DNA from: a virus | IMG/VR virus record: IMGVR_UViG_3300032123_000052 | Coordinates: 103,401-167,400 of that record | DNA length: 64,000 nucleotides | Strand: one strand, 5' to 3' | Shown here: piece by piece, positions 20,240 to 29,939 of the stretch | Numbering within the stretch: position 1 is the stretch's first letter | Layout: each line of letters begins with the position of its first letter | Position numbers and translations under genes: made by a program | Notes under the pieces: model-generated | What the model was told of the DNA's origin: nothing | The model's database searches: none | Seen by the model: only the letters and a program-made list of their open reading frames with translations

Positions 20240-20635
20240 ATTTTCTCTAACTAAAACTAGACCGAGTTTGGCTATTATATTTTGGCGGAGCCGAAATTGC
20301 ATCTCCAGATGCCAAACCGTTCACCACCAGCACTTTTACTGGTGGTCTAAAAAAGTAAAAAATTTTTAACCCTGCTGAAACAGCAGAATATAAAAATTCT
20401 TAGAGAAAAAAAACTCCAACTTAATATCGCTCAGTATTGCATTTGTAATTACCACCACCAGTCACCCCGGGCCCATCCGTTGGAGACACCCCCAACCTTC
20501 CGATAACCATATAATTACCACTCCAGTGGTATTTTATACCTTGACGAAACGTCAAGTGTAAAATCTTGGAGTTAATATCAATCATATCCGTTGCTCATAA
20601 AAGTTAAAGTAAAATAACTGCTTTCATAAATATTA

Positions 20636-21187
20636 TTAACACATTTCGTTCTTTTTTATTTTTAATTTACCCATTTTTACCCACCTACAAATAGTCGTAG
20701 GCTTTACATGGTGTATCTCGGCATACTTTAAAAGTATGCCTGATTTAACTTTTTTCTTTGAACCAATTTTGGGCCCTCTCGTTAAATCCGTCTTAGGTTT
20801 AAACTCATATTCAATAGGCATTATCTCACCGCATTTCGCCCAACCGGGAACCCACCGGAAGGTTTTTCCATTTACTACAGCCAGAGCAGATGTCAGAGAT
20901 ATGTTAAACCCCCTACCCAATTCAGCAGCGCTTACACCATTCTTCAAACTCAATTGCCGGATTTTTTTTACCTGCGATATAGTAAGATTGGAACTTTTTA
21001 AGTATCTCTGCTGCATTTTTTTTGATACTTTTCTTGGAGGAATCAAATCAAAAACATGATGAAGCACACTATTTGGCCGGCAATTGAACTTTCTGGCAAC
21101 ATATAGTACAGCATACCCTTCATCCACAAGACTCCGTATCTGCTGTACCTGTGCCGAAGATAATTTGCTGTGATATTTACTTTTCAT
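20636..21187 (-). CDS. multi-HTH DNA-binding protein, 5' end disrupted by IS
   Basis: Repeated HTH-like segments (VARKFNCRPNSV, ELGRGFNISLTSA, YAEIHHVKPTTICRWV). The original start appears to lie at 22446, beyond the IS. Confidence 0.65.
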   Translation of the reverse strand: MKSKYHSKLSSAQVQQIRSLVDEGYAVLYVARKFNCRPNSVLHHVFDLIPPRKVSKKMQQRYLKSSNLTISQVKKIRQLSLKNGVSAAELGRGFNISLTSALAVVNGKTFRWVPGWAKCGEIMPIEYEFKPKTDLTRGPKIGSKKKVKSGILLKYAEIHHVKPTTICRWVKMGKLKIKKNEMC

Positions 21188-21196
21188 AATTTTTAC

Positions 21197-22428
21197 GCAA
21201 GGAAACCTCGACCCTTGTGGTCGGGGAGGAATTGCGCCCTCCTATTAAATTAAAGTTTGACTATTTCAATACAAATATAGTATATTGTTTACTGTGAAAA
21301 CAATAAGAACTATTAAACTGAAATTCAATGGGAATCATAAAGCCAATCAAGTGCTTCCATGTTGGCTTAACGCCTGTAATTGGCTTTCTAAAATAGTCTT
21401 TGATTCTAAAGAAATTAACTCTAACAGGCTCTCTCAAGCATATTACAAAACTGTCCGTGAAAAATTTAAACTTACTTCCCAATTGACTTGTACCCTTTTT
21501 AGAACTGTTTCTGCAACATATAAAACTCAAAAAACTAATAAAGAATGGAATCTTTGTATTTATAGAAAGAAATCTATTCCCGTTGTTTGGAAAAGAGACT
21601 TTGCTCGAACCAAAAAAAACATCACTCTCTGGGCTGACCCTATTATGTTTCAAGATTCTCGACTTATTCCTGATAATTGGAAAGATTCTAAAATTTTTCT
21701 TAAAAAGGGACAGTGGTTTTTGAATTTGTCTTATGAAATTGACATCCCTGAACCAAAAGATAAAGGAACTATCGTAGGAGTAGATCAAGGAATCAAAAGA
21801 CTGTTTGTAGCTTCTGATTCTCAAAATAATAAATTGTTTTATAAATCAAACTATCTTAACCATAAACTTTCTAATATCCGAAAAGCAAGAGCTAAAGTAC
21901 AAACGGTTGGAACCCGTTCTTCCAGAAAACTTCTTGAAAGAATGTCTGGCCACGAGGCTTCCGTAACCGAACATGCTGTGCATGTTGCTTCTAAAAGACT
22001 TGTAAAATGGGCTTGTAAAGTAGGGGCGCGAAAGATTGTGGTTGAAGATTTGTCTAACATACGAGAGTCCTCTTTGAAAAAGGGAAAACAGCTTCGTAGT
22101 AAAATCAATCGCTGGCCTTATGCCTTGTTTACTTTTTTTATTACATACAAAGCTGCAACGCTGGGTATTACTGTTGAGCGGGTTTCCCCAAAAAACACTT
22201 CTCGCATGTGTAGCAAGTGTGGTCATATTGATGAATCCAATCGAAATGGTTTTTCTTTTAAATGCAAATCATGCGGTTATACCGCAGATGCTGATTATAA
22301 TGCCAGCAAAAATATTGCTGGACGCTATATGTCTATCGGGTTGAACTCGATAGATACAGGGATTAGTAAACACCCTGAAAACCAAATTATCGGTTAAAGC
22401 CCCGACCCTCGTGGTCGGGGTAGTTTAC
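21197..22428 (+). mobile_element. non-autonomous IS200/IS605-family (IS1341-like) element carrying only tnpB
   Basis: Near-identical subterminal hairpins cctcgacccttgtggtcgggg (left) and ccccgaccctcgtggtcgggg (right). Right end ...ggggtagtttac. TTTAC lies 5' of the left end. Removing the element restores an ORF. Confidence 0.85.
21285..22397 (+). CDS. tnpB: TnpB RNA-guided endonuclease
   Basis: RuvC-I VGVDQG, RuvC-II VVEDL, Zn ribbon CSKC..CKSC and RuvC-III DADYNAS.NI are all intact. Confidence 0.93.
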   Translation: MFTVKTIRTIKLKFNGNHKANQVLPCWLNACNWLSKIVFDSKEINSNRLSQAYYKTVREKFKLTSQLTCTLFRTVSATYKTQKTNKEWNLCIYRKKSIPVVWKRDFARTKKNITLWADPIMFQDSRLIPDNWKDSKIFLKKGQWFLNLSYEIDIPEPKDKGTIVGVDQGIKRLFVASDSQNNKLFYKSNYLNHKLSNIRKARAKVQTVGTRSSRKLLERMSGHEASVTEHAVHVASKRLVKWACKVGARKIVVEDLSNIRESSLKKGKQLRSKINRWPYALFTFFITYKAATLGITVERVSPKNTSRMCSKCGHIDESNRNGFSFKCKSCGYTADADYNASKNIAGRYMSIGLNSIDTGISKHPENQIIG

Positions 22429-22494
22429 TATTCTTGTTTTATCCATTTAATTTTCTCCAATTGTTTAAGATGAGTTTAGTACTCATGTTATATA

Positions 22495-22872
22495 GGGAAG
22501 TGTGGAGATTGCTCCCCACACCCCCTTTGCAGTATACGATTCTAGCTGCAACTTACCATTGAGTAATAAAAAGGACTTTTATTTCCCAAGAGCCTTCAAT
22601 TATCGCTGAAGCGGCGATGGAACTTAGAACCATACTTGGAAAAGATTTCTCAAACTAAAGTTCGAGGAGTTCGGCGAGGTTATCGTTCCGCTGGGTTCTT
22701 ACGGCAGCATACGAGACCTGGCATCGAGATCCACGATCGCAACACTTCCCGAGCCGGTCGAGCCGACCACCACCTTATACGAGTCGCGCTTTGATTTACT
22801 CCAGTAAATCAGCGACCAAACCAAGATGTTGACCTTGCAGGTCAACGTCATTGGTTCTGAGTATAAGGTGGT
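22495..22872 (-). ncRNA. candidate large structured ncRNA
   Basis: ORF-free region with nested and long-range perfect helices, downstream of a phage promoter motif at about 22955-22990. Strand is inferred. Confidence 0.45.
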
Positions 22873-22994
22873 ATGAGTAAACGATGTTGAAACAACACCG
22901 CGTTCATATCCTTTGAGAAAAAAGGGGTAAAGAAAATAATTAACCCATTCACCATAATAGTTATTTCAAATTTGTATAAAAAATAACATCAGTA

Positions 22995-23300
22995 TCATAC
23001 CCTTATCTTGTCGTAATATTTCTTTTCCTTTTGCAGACCCTCAATAACACTTTGAACCTTACCGTTATCAAAAATAATAACTGTCGGAAGAAACATAACA
23101 GAATATTGTATTGCTACATCTCTATCTTTAACGAAATCAAGCTCGACAAGCTCAACATCATTAATTTTTTTCATTATTTTTCTGAGAATCGGCTTTACCA
23201 CATTACAGTGGTGGCACAAATCGCTTGAAAAAAAGACAACAGTTCGCCTTTTCTCTATTAGAACCAGTCTTCTAAATGTGCAATTCGCCATTTTCTTCAT
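22995..23300 (-). CDS. thioredoxin
   Basis: VVFFSSDLCHHC (CxxC), Y.V...PT.IIF.NG; 101 aa. Confidence 0.85.
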   Translation of the reverse strand: MKKMANCTFRRLVLIEKRRTVVFFSSDLCHHCNVVKPILRKIMKKINDVELVELDFVKDRDVAIQYSVMFLPTVIIFDNGKVQSVIEGLQKEKKYYDKIRV

Positions 23301-23683
23301 TGTGTTTCATGAAACACATCGCCAAGAATGCTATCAACCTCTTCCTGAACAGTTTTTGGTGTCCTTCTTGTTCCTGGAAAAAATTCCTTCATATATGTGA
23401 ATCCTTCATGACAATTAGAACATGGCTTCCCGGTGTCAGTCCATGCTTCACAATACCCGCATCCCGATCTCCCAATGCGCTCATCATCTTCGATTTCTTC
23501 TATATCTTCTTGATATATTCTTAAACCACAACTAGTCACTTTTTGTATCGGCATTGTATTTAGTTGATCTGTAAAAAGATTTCTAGTGTCGATTTTAATC
23601 CATTCGCCTTCTATTGATTCAAGCTTTTTTGAATAACTGCCTAAGTACCTTTGGTAGCAATTACTCTTTAATCTTATTCTCAA
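23297..23683 (-). CDS. hypothetical protein with CxxC...CxxC Zn site
   Basis: CGYC...CSNC. Confidence 0.6.
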   Translation of the reverse strand: MRIRLKSNCYQRYLGSYSKKLESIEGEWIKIDTRNLFTDQLNTMPIQKVTSCGLRIYQEDIEEIEDDERIGRSGCGYCEAWTDTGKPCSNCHEGFTYMKEFFPGTRRTPKTVQEEVDSILGDVFHETQ

Positions 23684-23836
23684 TAGGATCCTCCTTTTTA
23701 TTATTGTAGTACATTTTTCTAATTCTTACCGGCCGTTCCCTGTCACTGTTTAAGGCATTGATGTTGTTTATAAAATGAGTAAATTTTTCTAAAAAGTCGG
23801 TTGGAATAGACAGGACGATATTAATTCTACCATCCA

Positions 23837-24532
23837 TCAATCGCCTCTGGCGTCGTATATAGGTTCGAACCCCTTTGGCGCATCGTTCCAATTATCCATT
23901 TCGTGTGCAGCTATCATTTGAGGATACTCTCTTTTTACTAGCGCAATATTCTCGGCATCAGCAAGTAATATCATATTAGCCAGATATGTAACAAATGATC
24001 CTGATTTGTTCAAATACCAAAAGAATGATCCATAACCATAATTTCCAGACTTTTCGCTCGACCCTCTATTGCCAAGTGTCAATGGGGCGTCAACAACATC
24101 GCCAGCAAATATAACATCCCAAGATCCAGACACGTTTGATTCAAACAAATGTCGATATATATTCTTCAACCTCGCTTTGTTTTCAACATCAGCATTCATA
24201 ACGACAAATGCCAGCTGGCTGATAAATTTGCTAGGATGGTTTACATACCAGTCAAACGATCCCCTTTTAAACGGATATCCAACATCCTTCGGAAACTTAA
24301 GCGATTGCAACTCTATTTCCCGATTGATGGCCTTTTTGAATGCAACATTACTATAATCATTACCTTCAGTTAATTCCCTTGCATCAAACTGCCATGTTCC
24401 ATCTGGATCATCTGATGTTGTTGTAAACCAGTTGTTAAGCTGTTCGTCATACATATCATCATCATACGCATGGAAGATACATACGCCAAAATATTCCAAA
24501 TATAGCTCAGGTTCTACCCACTTGTATGGCAT
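23837..24532 (-). CDS. hypothetical protein with duplicated domain
   Basis: 231 aa; two copies of GSFxWYxN..SxF..LA.....ADxEN. Confidence 0.65.
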   Translation of the reverse strand: MPYKWVEPELYLEYFGVCIFHAYDDDMYDEQLNNWFTTTSDDPDGTWQFDARELTEGNDYSNVAFKKAINREIELQSLKFPKDVGYPFKRGSFDWYVNHPSKFISQLAFVVMNADVENKARLKNIYRHLFESNVSGSWDVIFAGDVVDAPLTLGNRGSSEKSGNYGYGSFFWYLNKSGSFVTYLANMILLADAENIALVKREYPQMIAAHEMDNWNDAPKGFEPIYDARGD

Positions 24533-24801
24533 TAACCCTCCTTTATTATTGGTTTAATGTTATGCTTTGATAATAAATTAATCAAACTTTTATATGATAA
24601 GGATCTGTTCTTTTCGAACAAGTGTTCGATATCATTCTTATTCAAAAAATACCCTAATGGTAAATTCATTATTATATGGGCAAATTTTTCCCGAGTTGTA
24701 TTATGATAATATCTCTGCAAAAATTCATATAGGAATTCTTTGAATTTCGATTCCACCAGAGGATCGAAATTTTTCATTAACTCATTAACCTGCTGTGACA
24801 T
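24532..24801 (-). CDS. hypothetical protein
   Basis: 89-aa ORF, translationally coupled to neighbours. Confidence 0.55.
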   Translation of the reverse strand: MSQQVNELMKNFDPLVESKFKEFLYEFLQRYYHNTTREKFAHIIMNLPLGYFLNKNDIEHLFEKNRSLSYKSLINLLSKHNIKPIIKEG

Positions 24802-25225
24802 TATTTTTCCTTATTCTTTTTGTACAAAATAATAGGAATTCGGGTTTTACACGTTGGACATGTAATAGAGGCGTTCTCGTTGTCATACAGCGCAAGCCAT
24901 ACATTTTTACAGCGATGACAACGAACATGTTTGGTAAGATATCCAGCTCTGGTGTATTTTTGTAAACGGATTTCTTTCTTAATCGCTTCAAGAATATTGT
25001 GTGCCATAAGATCGTCACAACGACGTTCTTTCGTACGCTTTTCCTCGTACGCTTCTACCATCGCAATCATTAAACTCAAGTCTTGATCGTTTTCAAAAAA
25101 TACAAACATAAGTATCCCTAACACTTTAGTTATTACAATAAATTTACAAATATCACACAGATAAAAAAAAGGTAGTGAGATTTCTCCCACTACCTATAAT
25201 ATACTATAAAATGTCATATTTGACA

Positions 25226-25822
25226 CTAAGTCTTGCTTTCTGGTCCGGGCTCACCTTCTTGCATTTCTGGCCCACCTTCTTGCATTTCTGGATCACCTTC
25301 TGGCACTCCTCCCCCGAGCCCATTTATTAGCGACTCCTCTTTTGGAAACGCACCTTTCTCAGGTTTTGTATTCGTATCATCAGGAACTTTATTTTCTTTG
25401 TCCGGCGTTACGATAGACAAAGGCTGTTGATCTGATGGTGTTGGTTGTTGAGATGAAGTTTTTACATCTCTGTTTTCAACAGGATGGTTATGTTTTCCCG
25501 GAGTTACATTTCCTTGTGGGGGTACTGTCGGCATTGGTGGTTGGTACCCGCCTTGTGGAACCTGCGGCGGTGGATAGTCCTGTGGCAACACAGGTTGCTG
25601 AGGCAGTGTTGATTGTTGTGGCATATGCTGCCGTGGCGCCTGTTGCCCCTGTTGTGAATCAGGTAAAATAGTTACCTTGAATGCATCTTGCCCTTGGCCT
25701 GCCGCATACTCGAATCCAGGGACATACAAACGGACCGATTCCGTGTTGTAGCCCAGTGGGTGAACAAATAATGATCCCCATCTGGCAATTAGATTATCGT
25801 TGATATCAATAACAACCCTCAC
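25226..25822 (-). CDS. Pro/Gln-rich hypothetical protein
   Basis: 198 aa, GGAGG RBS, low-complexity tail with duplicated PEMQEG. Confidence 0.65.
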   Translation of the reverse strand: MRVVIDINDNLIARWGSLFVHPLGYNTESVRLYVPGFEYAAGQGQDAFKVTILPDSQQGQQAPRQHMPQQSTLPQQPVLPQDYPPPQVPQGGYQPPMPTVPPQGNVTPGKHNHPVENRDVKTSSQQPTPSDQQPLSIVTPDKENKVPDDTNTKPEKGAFPKEESLINGLGGGVPEGDPEMQEGGPEMQEGEPGPESKT

Positions 25823-25920
25823 TAACCCTCCTTTTTTTTGTTAAAATTAATCTACAAGAAAAAATACATTAACTATACGCAAATCGCATCATGTTTTTTA
25901 AAAAAAAGGGGTAGTCGGTA

Positions 25921-27603
25921 TTATCCGACACCCCTATCCAAATGCCATTCAACCAGCTTGGCTGATCTTCCCTCATGCCCTCTTTTAGAACGTATTTTCG
26001 CAACCATCCCAATCAGATTGTCCCCGGCCCGCATAAACTCTACGCACTCGTTCTCCTTTCCGATCTGGCCAGGTCCGAGCTTGAACTGTTTACCAGAATC
26101 AAGAGATCTGAACCAGATTACCCCTGCAACTTTCCCTTTAGGCCCCCATTTCAAATTGACCGATTCAACCTGCCAATCATAAGCCTCGGCTCTGGTAGTG
26201 TGTTTTCGGCCTTCGTTAATACCCTTCCCCATAGGTACACCAACAAACCCTTCAACCATATTTATGATATGCTTGAATTCAGACGCCGGAACTATTTCAG
26301 GTGGCCTAACAAAATCGCTCAGTTTAGAGAACGCCTCTTGTAATTTACGGTTATCAAAAAACTGTAGATTAGACACATCATTACTGTTCCATTTATCCAT
26401 ACGATAAACAACAAATAGGGGTAATATATCAAGAGGTCTTATCTTATCCGAATTAAGAATACCACCTGTTTCAGCGGCTGTGAGGGTTAATGGTTTGAAT
26501 GGTCTGAATATATTGAACCTTCTGTAGAATACCAATTCACCCATGCCACGAGCACTATCTTCACGCTTTATTCTATAGAGCTCTGGCAGTTTTCCGGTAT
26601 ATTGAATCCTATCACCAGTTTCGATACTTACTCTCGGAGACCAAAAAGTAGTCTCTTTGGAACCTGAACTAAAATGAACACCAGCACCATCATACTTCAA
26701 GGTCACAGTACCAGAATCAACATGGTTCAAAAAAGATTTAAGGTCTTTATCAGATTTAAGATTAAGCCGTTCGCCAAAAGACGGAGACGGCTTCTTTATC
26801 ACACCCCATGTTACTATAGGGGCTTTTTTATTATCTCCGTGGTATAGTTTGTGCAAATAGAGTAACCTATGTTTATTAAGTGTCGGGCAATACATCTTAA
26901 TTGTCTTACCATCACCATTATCAACAGACATTATCTCTACAGGCTTGTTAACTACAGTCTGCCTGGTTAACCCTGAGCCGTAGCCTTTGATTCCAGCTTC
27001 GCCAACATTCCATGATGTTTCAGCGTTCCTTATCGAATGATCAGCATTCTGTGCCATTCTGGAATTGTTCATCACCTCTTCTCGGAGAAAATTCATAATA
27101 GCCATCTTACTTTTTTCGGTAAGCTCGCCACTCTTGTTGAACTTTATATCGTTCATAATTGATTTTCCCCCGATGTTGATGATCAAGCTCAGATGGCCGA
27201 TATGGATATCCAAATGAGGATTGGTCGCATGATGAAACACAACCCTCATCCGTTTTACCACCCGCCTGTTTTGATCAATCTCTCCATCTATCCAGGTTTT
27301 ACTACTCCTGCCATTAATGTTGATAATTGGACGGCGGGTAACCTCCGTCTTTTTACAGACACGCTCTATACCTTTACCAATATTGCCAAACACAACACCC
27401 TTAATAAGACCCTTTGAAAATATTCCAACTACATCATTAATCGATTTTGCTTTATGGTATTTCTTGACAATGGATACGGCTTTAACCACCAACAGTATCC
27501 GCTTTATTTTGCATACTTTAAAAACTTTAGGCCAAGCCGGGCTTATTTCTTGATAAAGGCCCTTTCCCCTAACCAGCCCTTTCGCCAGTAGCCTCATGCT
27601 CAC
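25921..27603 (-). CDS. ATP-dependent ligase-like nucleotidyltransferase with possible LigD-type phosphoesterase domain
   Basis: KYDG motif I, GEL, EGFV, OB-fold-like C-terminus (GKQFKLGPG), N-terminal HHATNPHLDIH. Confidence 0.55.
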   Translation of the reverse strand: MSMRLLAKGLVRGKGLYQEISPAWPKVFKVCKIKRILLVVKAVSIVKKYHKAKSINDVVGIFSKGLIKGVVFGNIGKGIERVCKKTEVTRRPIININGRSSKTWIDGEIDQNRRVVKRMRVVFHHATNPHLDIHIGHLSLIINIGGKSIMNDIKFNKSGELTEKSKMAIMNFLREEVMNNSRMAQNADHSIRNAETSWNVGEAGIKGYGSGLTRQTVVNKPVEIMSVDNGDGKTIKMYCPTLNKHRLLYLHKLYHGDNKKAPIVTWGVIKKPSPSFGERLNLKSDKDLKSFLNHVDSGTVTLKYDGAGVHFSSGSKETTFWSPRVSIETGDRIQYTGKLPELYRIKREDSARGMGELVFYRRFNIFRPFKPLTLTAAETGGILNSDKIRPLDILPLFVVYRMDKWNSNDVSNLQFFDNRKLQEAFSKLSDFVRPPEIVPASEFKHIINMVEGFVGVPMGKGINEGRKHTTRAEAYDWQVESVNLKWGPKGKVAGVIWFRSLDSGKQFKLGPGQIGKENECVEFMRAGDNLIGMVAKIRSKRGHEGRSAKLVEWHLDRGVG

Positions 27604-28015
27604 CCTCCTTTATTTTATTTTCGAGTAGTGTGACTAGCAATAGGATTATCAAGACAGATATTACCGGAATAACCATTGGGGCCTCTATAAATGCGGGTAT
27701 CCATATAAAGTTAGGCAATTCCCCTATGAGGAATATGAGACCTATTGTGGCAAGCGACAATATTACAGCCGCCTCCCAATTATCAATAATATCTTTCCAG
27801 ATATCCTTCGCTTCCTTCATTATAACTTTGGCCAGCTCATCTGCCTGTTTCTTTATGTTATCCCAATTTGCTTTACGGCCATCTTCTGTTTTCATATTCT
27901 TTGAGAAATTATACACAAAAGTTGAGACGTTTATTGTAATATTAATTGTCTGGTTAATTGCCTCTGCGACCAATTCAGTGGCGGTTTCACACTTTTCTTT
28001 GAAATTAAATTTCAT
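27569..28015 (-). CDS. membrane protein (2 TM)
   Basis: Two hydrophobic segments near the C-terminus; preceded by promoter motif and AAGGAG. Confidence 0.65.
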   Translation of the reverse strand: MKFNFKEKCETATELVAEAINQTINITINVSTFVYNFSKNMKTEDGRKANWDNIKKQADELAKVIMKEAKDIWKDIIDNWEAAVILSLATIGLIFLIGELPNFIWIPAFIEAPMVIPVISVLIILLLVTLLENKIKEGEHEATGERAG

Positions 28016-28110
28016 TCTATTCTCCTTTTCGTAAATGATTATTATCCTCTTAATAGTTATACCAAATTTAGGCTATTAATAACTAAAAAAAAGGCAGAGA
28101 AAACTCTGCC

Positions 28111-28338
28111 TTAAATCGAATTGAACAGACCAAACCATTCGAAAAAACCCATTATCTTCTTATGTTTTGTTATGATCAATTTGTAACCTTTCTTCTGACA
28201 CTTCCAGCATGGGAGGAAGATACCATAGTTAGTTTGATACACAGCATGTTTCTTACCGCAAACCGCACATGGCATATTATGATGAACAACAAGGCCGTCA
28301 CTATCAATCTCGATGACAGCCAAAGGTTTTAAACCCAT
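28111..28338 (-). CDS. small Zn-finger protein
   Basis: CAVC...CWKC; AGGAGG RBS. Confidence 0.6.
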   Translation of the reverse strand: MGLKPLAVIEIDSDGLVVHHNMPCAVCGKKHAVYQTNYGIFLPCWKCQKKGYKLIITKHKKIMGFFEWFGLFNSI

Positions 28339-28603
28339 GTGTCACCTCCTGAAATAAAAAAAGGCAGTACAGACTCGCGTCAAAGGTATTTTAATGGGAG
28401 ACAAAATAATACCTTCTCAGCTAGTCCATACCGCTCGTACAGAACACGTCAGACCTAACGGATCTCACCCCACCCACCTTCGTACTGTGCTATGTTGAAT
28501 AGTTCCATTCCACTCTATCCAACGCAAGAAGTTGCGCAGCACCCGATTAAGCAGCCCATGAGAGTGTAGCACACACTCGTAGGGGTGTGTTCCTTTTATA
28601 AAT

Positions 28604-28677
28604 TAGCAGCGGACGGATTCGAACCATCGACCTCAAGCTTATGGGGCTCGCAAGCCCCTTGAATGGTTTCCGCAACC
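28604..28677 (-). pseudogene. degenerate tRNA with CAT anticodon
   Basis: Good T-arm (GATGG TTCGAAT CCGTC) and anticodon arm (CGAGC CCCATAA GCTTG); poor D-arm and acceptor stem. Confidence 0.45.
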
Positions 28678-28791
28678 TTTATTACAGATATCTTATATGT
28701 TGGCACATATTCTCCTTTTATGTAAAAATAATTATTATCTAACACTATGGATATATCAGAAAAAAAATAATAGCCAAAAAAAAGCTGGCGA

Positions 28792-29202
28792 TTAAACGCC
28801 AGCTCTTTGTTTATTGATTTTGCTTCCCCTAGTTTCTTTTATCCCCAGCTTACCATCAAAAGGTTGTTCGTTAATATACTGGCGAACCGGCATGGCAATG
28901 TAGCACCTGTATGGGTACCTGATGGCGCCCACCATAACAACATCTTTGAGAAACGGCATAATACTTTCAATTCTGCATGATTGTATATATTTACACATAT
29001 GGCCAGCGGTATTTTGAAAATTAAAATATTCAGTTGACAATATCTTCTCTTTAAACACGAGACTTGATTGTACAGTAAAACAGTTTTTACTTAATTTGGT
29101 CACATCATCATTTACCGGGATTCCTTCTATTACTTTAATAATTGTAGCTCTGGTCTTTTCTTCGACGTTCTTTAATTTATTAAGAGTCTTTTCCAGATCC
29201 AT
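28792..29202 (-). CDS. hypothetical protein
   Basis: 136 aa, GGAGG RBS. Confidence 0.65.
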   Translation of the reverse strand: MDLEKTLNKLKNVEEKTRATIIKVIEGIPVNDDVTKLSKNCFTVQSSLVFKEKILSTEYFNFQNTAGHMCKYIQSCRIESIMPFLKDVVMVGAIRYPYRCYIAMPVRQYINEQPFDGKLGIKETRGSKINKQRAGV

Positions 29203-29211
29203 GTCGGCCTC

Positions 29212-29562
29212 CTAGCCGACACCTTTATCCCAGGCGCCGGCGGCTTTTACAAATTTGTCGTACTGATCACCAAGTAACGCACGAACCATATGGTCCATAG
29301 CAAAAGCTTTACGCTCGCTTTCTTGGGCAGTACCGTAATCCATCGCTATTTTAAGCGCTTTGATGATTCTTCCGGTAGGTTCACCTATTTGAAAAGGATC
29401 GATGCCAAGTGCGTCAATGCAACCAACATAGCATATACCAGTTCGTGTGCATTTGAGGCAATCGTGCGGCTCCTCATTATTGAAGTGCTTGTTTTCAACC
29501 TTTATATCAGCAGCTTCCTGATGCATTTTAAGCCCGTTTCCTGGACCAGCATTCTCATTCAT
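29212..29562 (-). CDS. hypothetical protein
   Basis: 116 aa, coupled to the upstream gene. Confidence 0.6.
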   Translation of the reverse strand: MNENAGPGNGLKMHQEAADIKVENKHFNNEEPHDCLKCTRTGICYVGCIDALGIDPFQIGEPTGRIIKALKIAMDYGTAQESERKAFAMDHMVRALLGDQYDKFVKAAGAWDKGVG

Positions 29563-29927
29563 ACTGAAACCTCCACATCAGGTTTTTTCTCCCTTACCAA
29601 CTTATCCCGCATAAGGCGCTCAGTTATCAGCGCTTCAAGAAGAATCAAATAATTTATCGCATCACCGATTTTATCATCAAGCCATTTTTGATTGATGTAA
29701 TCGTAATTATCAGCTTCGATATCACGGATACCATCGAACACTGACAAATTATGCTTCTCGGCCATTCCGTGCAATGCAAATTCCGGTGTTTCATGCTTGC
29801 GCATCCCGATTTCTTTAAAATGATGTAACCGATCCTCGCGCCCATACCCTTTGCCTTTACTGGCAAGAATAGCTAGGCTTTTCTCTATACGCTGTTTTAC
29901 CAGAGCATCAAAAGTGGTATCGTCCAA
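29559..29927 (-). CDS. all-alpha NTP-pyrophosphatase-like (nucleotide-modification-associated) protein
   Basis: K.K.YG..D...F and DKIGDAINYLILL motifs. Confidence 0.5.
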   Translation of the reverse strand: MDDTTFDALVKQRIEKSLAILASKGKGYGREDRLHHFKEIGMRKHETPEFALHGMAEKHNLSVFDGIRDIEADNYDYINQKWLDDKIGDAINYLILLEALITERLMRDKLVREKKPDVEVSV

Positions 29928-29939
29928 ATTATCCTCCTT

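Noticed and set aside
617..20302. Short antisense or alternative-frame ORFs over the structural genes, and + strand ORFs opposite - strand genes beyond 23 kb
   Set aside because: They are shadow ORFs fully overlapping better-supported genes that have RBSs.
21197..22428. tnpB element as an IStron or as a Cas12f CRISPR locus
   Set aside because: There is no room for a group I intron, it is antisense to the interrupted gene, no array is adjacent, and it has ordinary IS200/IS605 hairpin ends.
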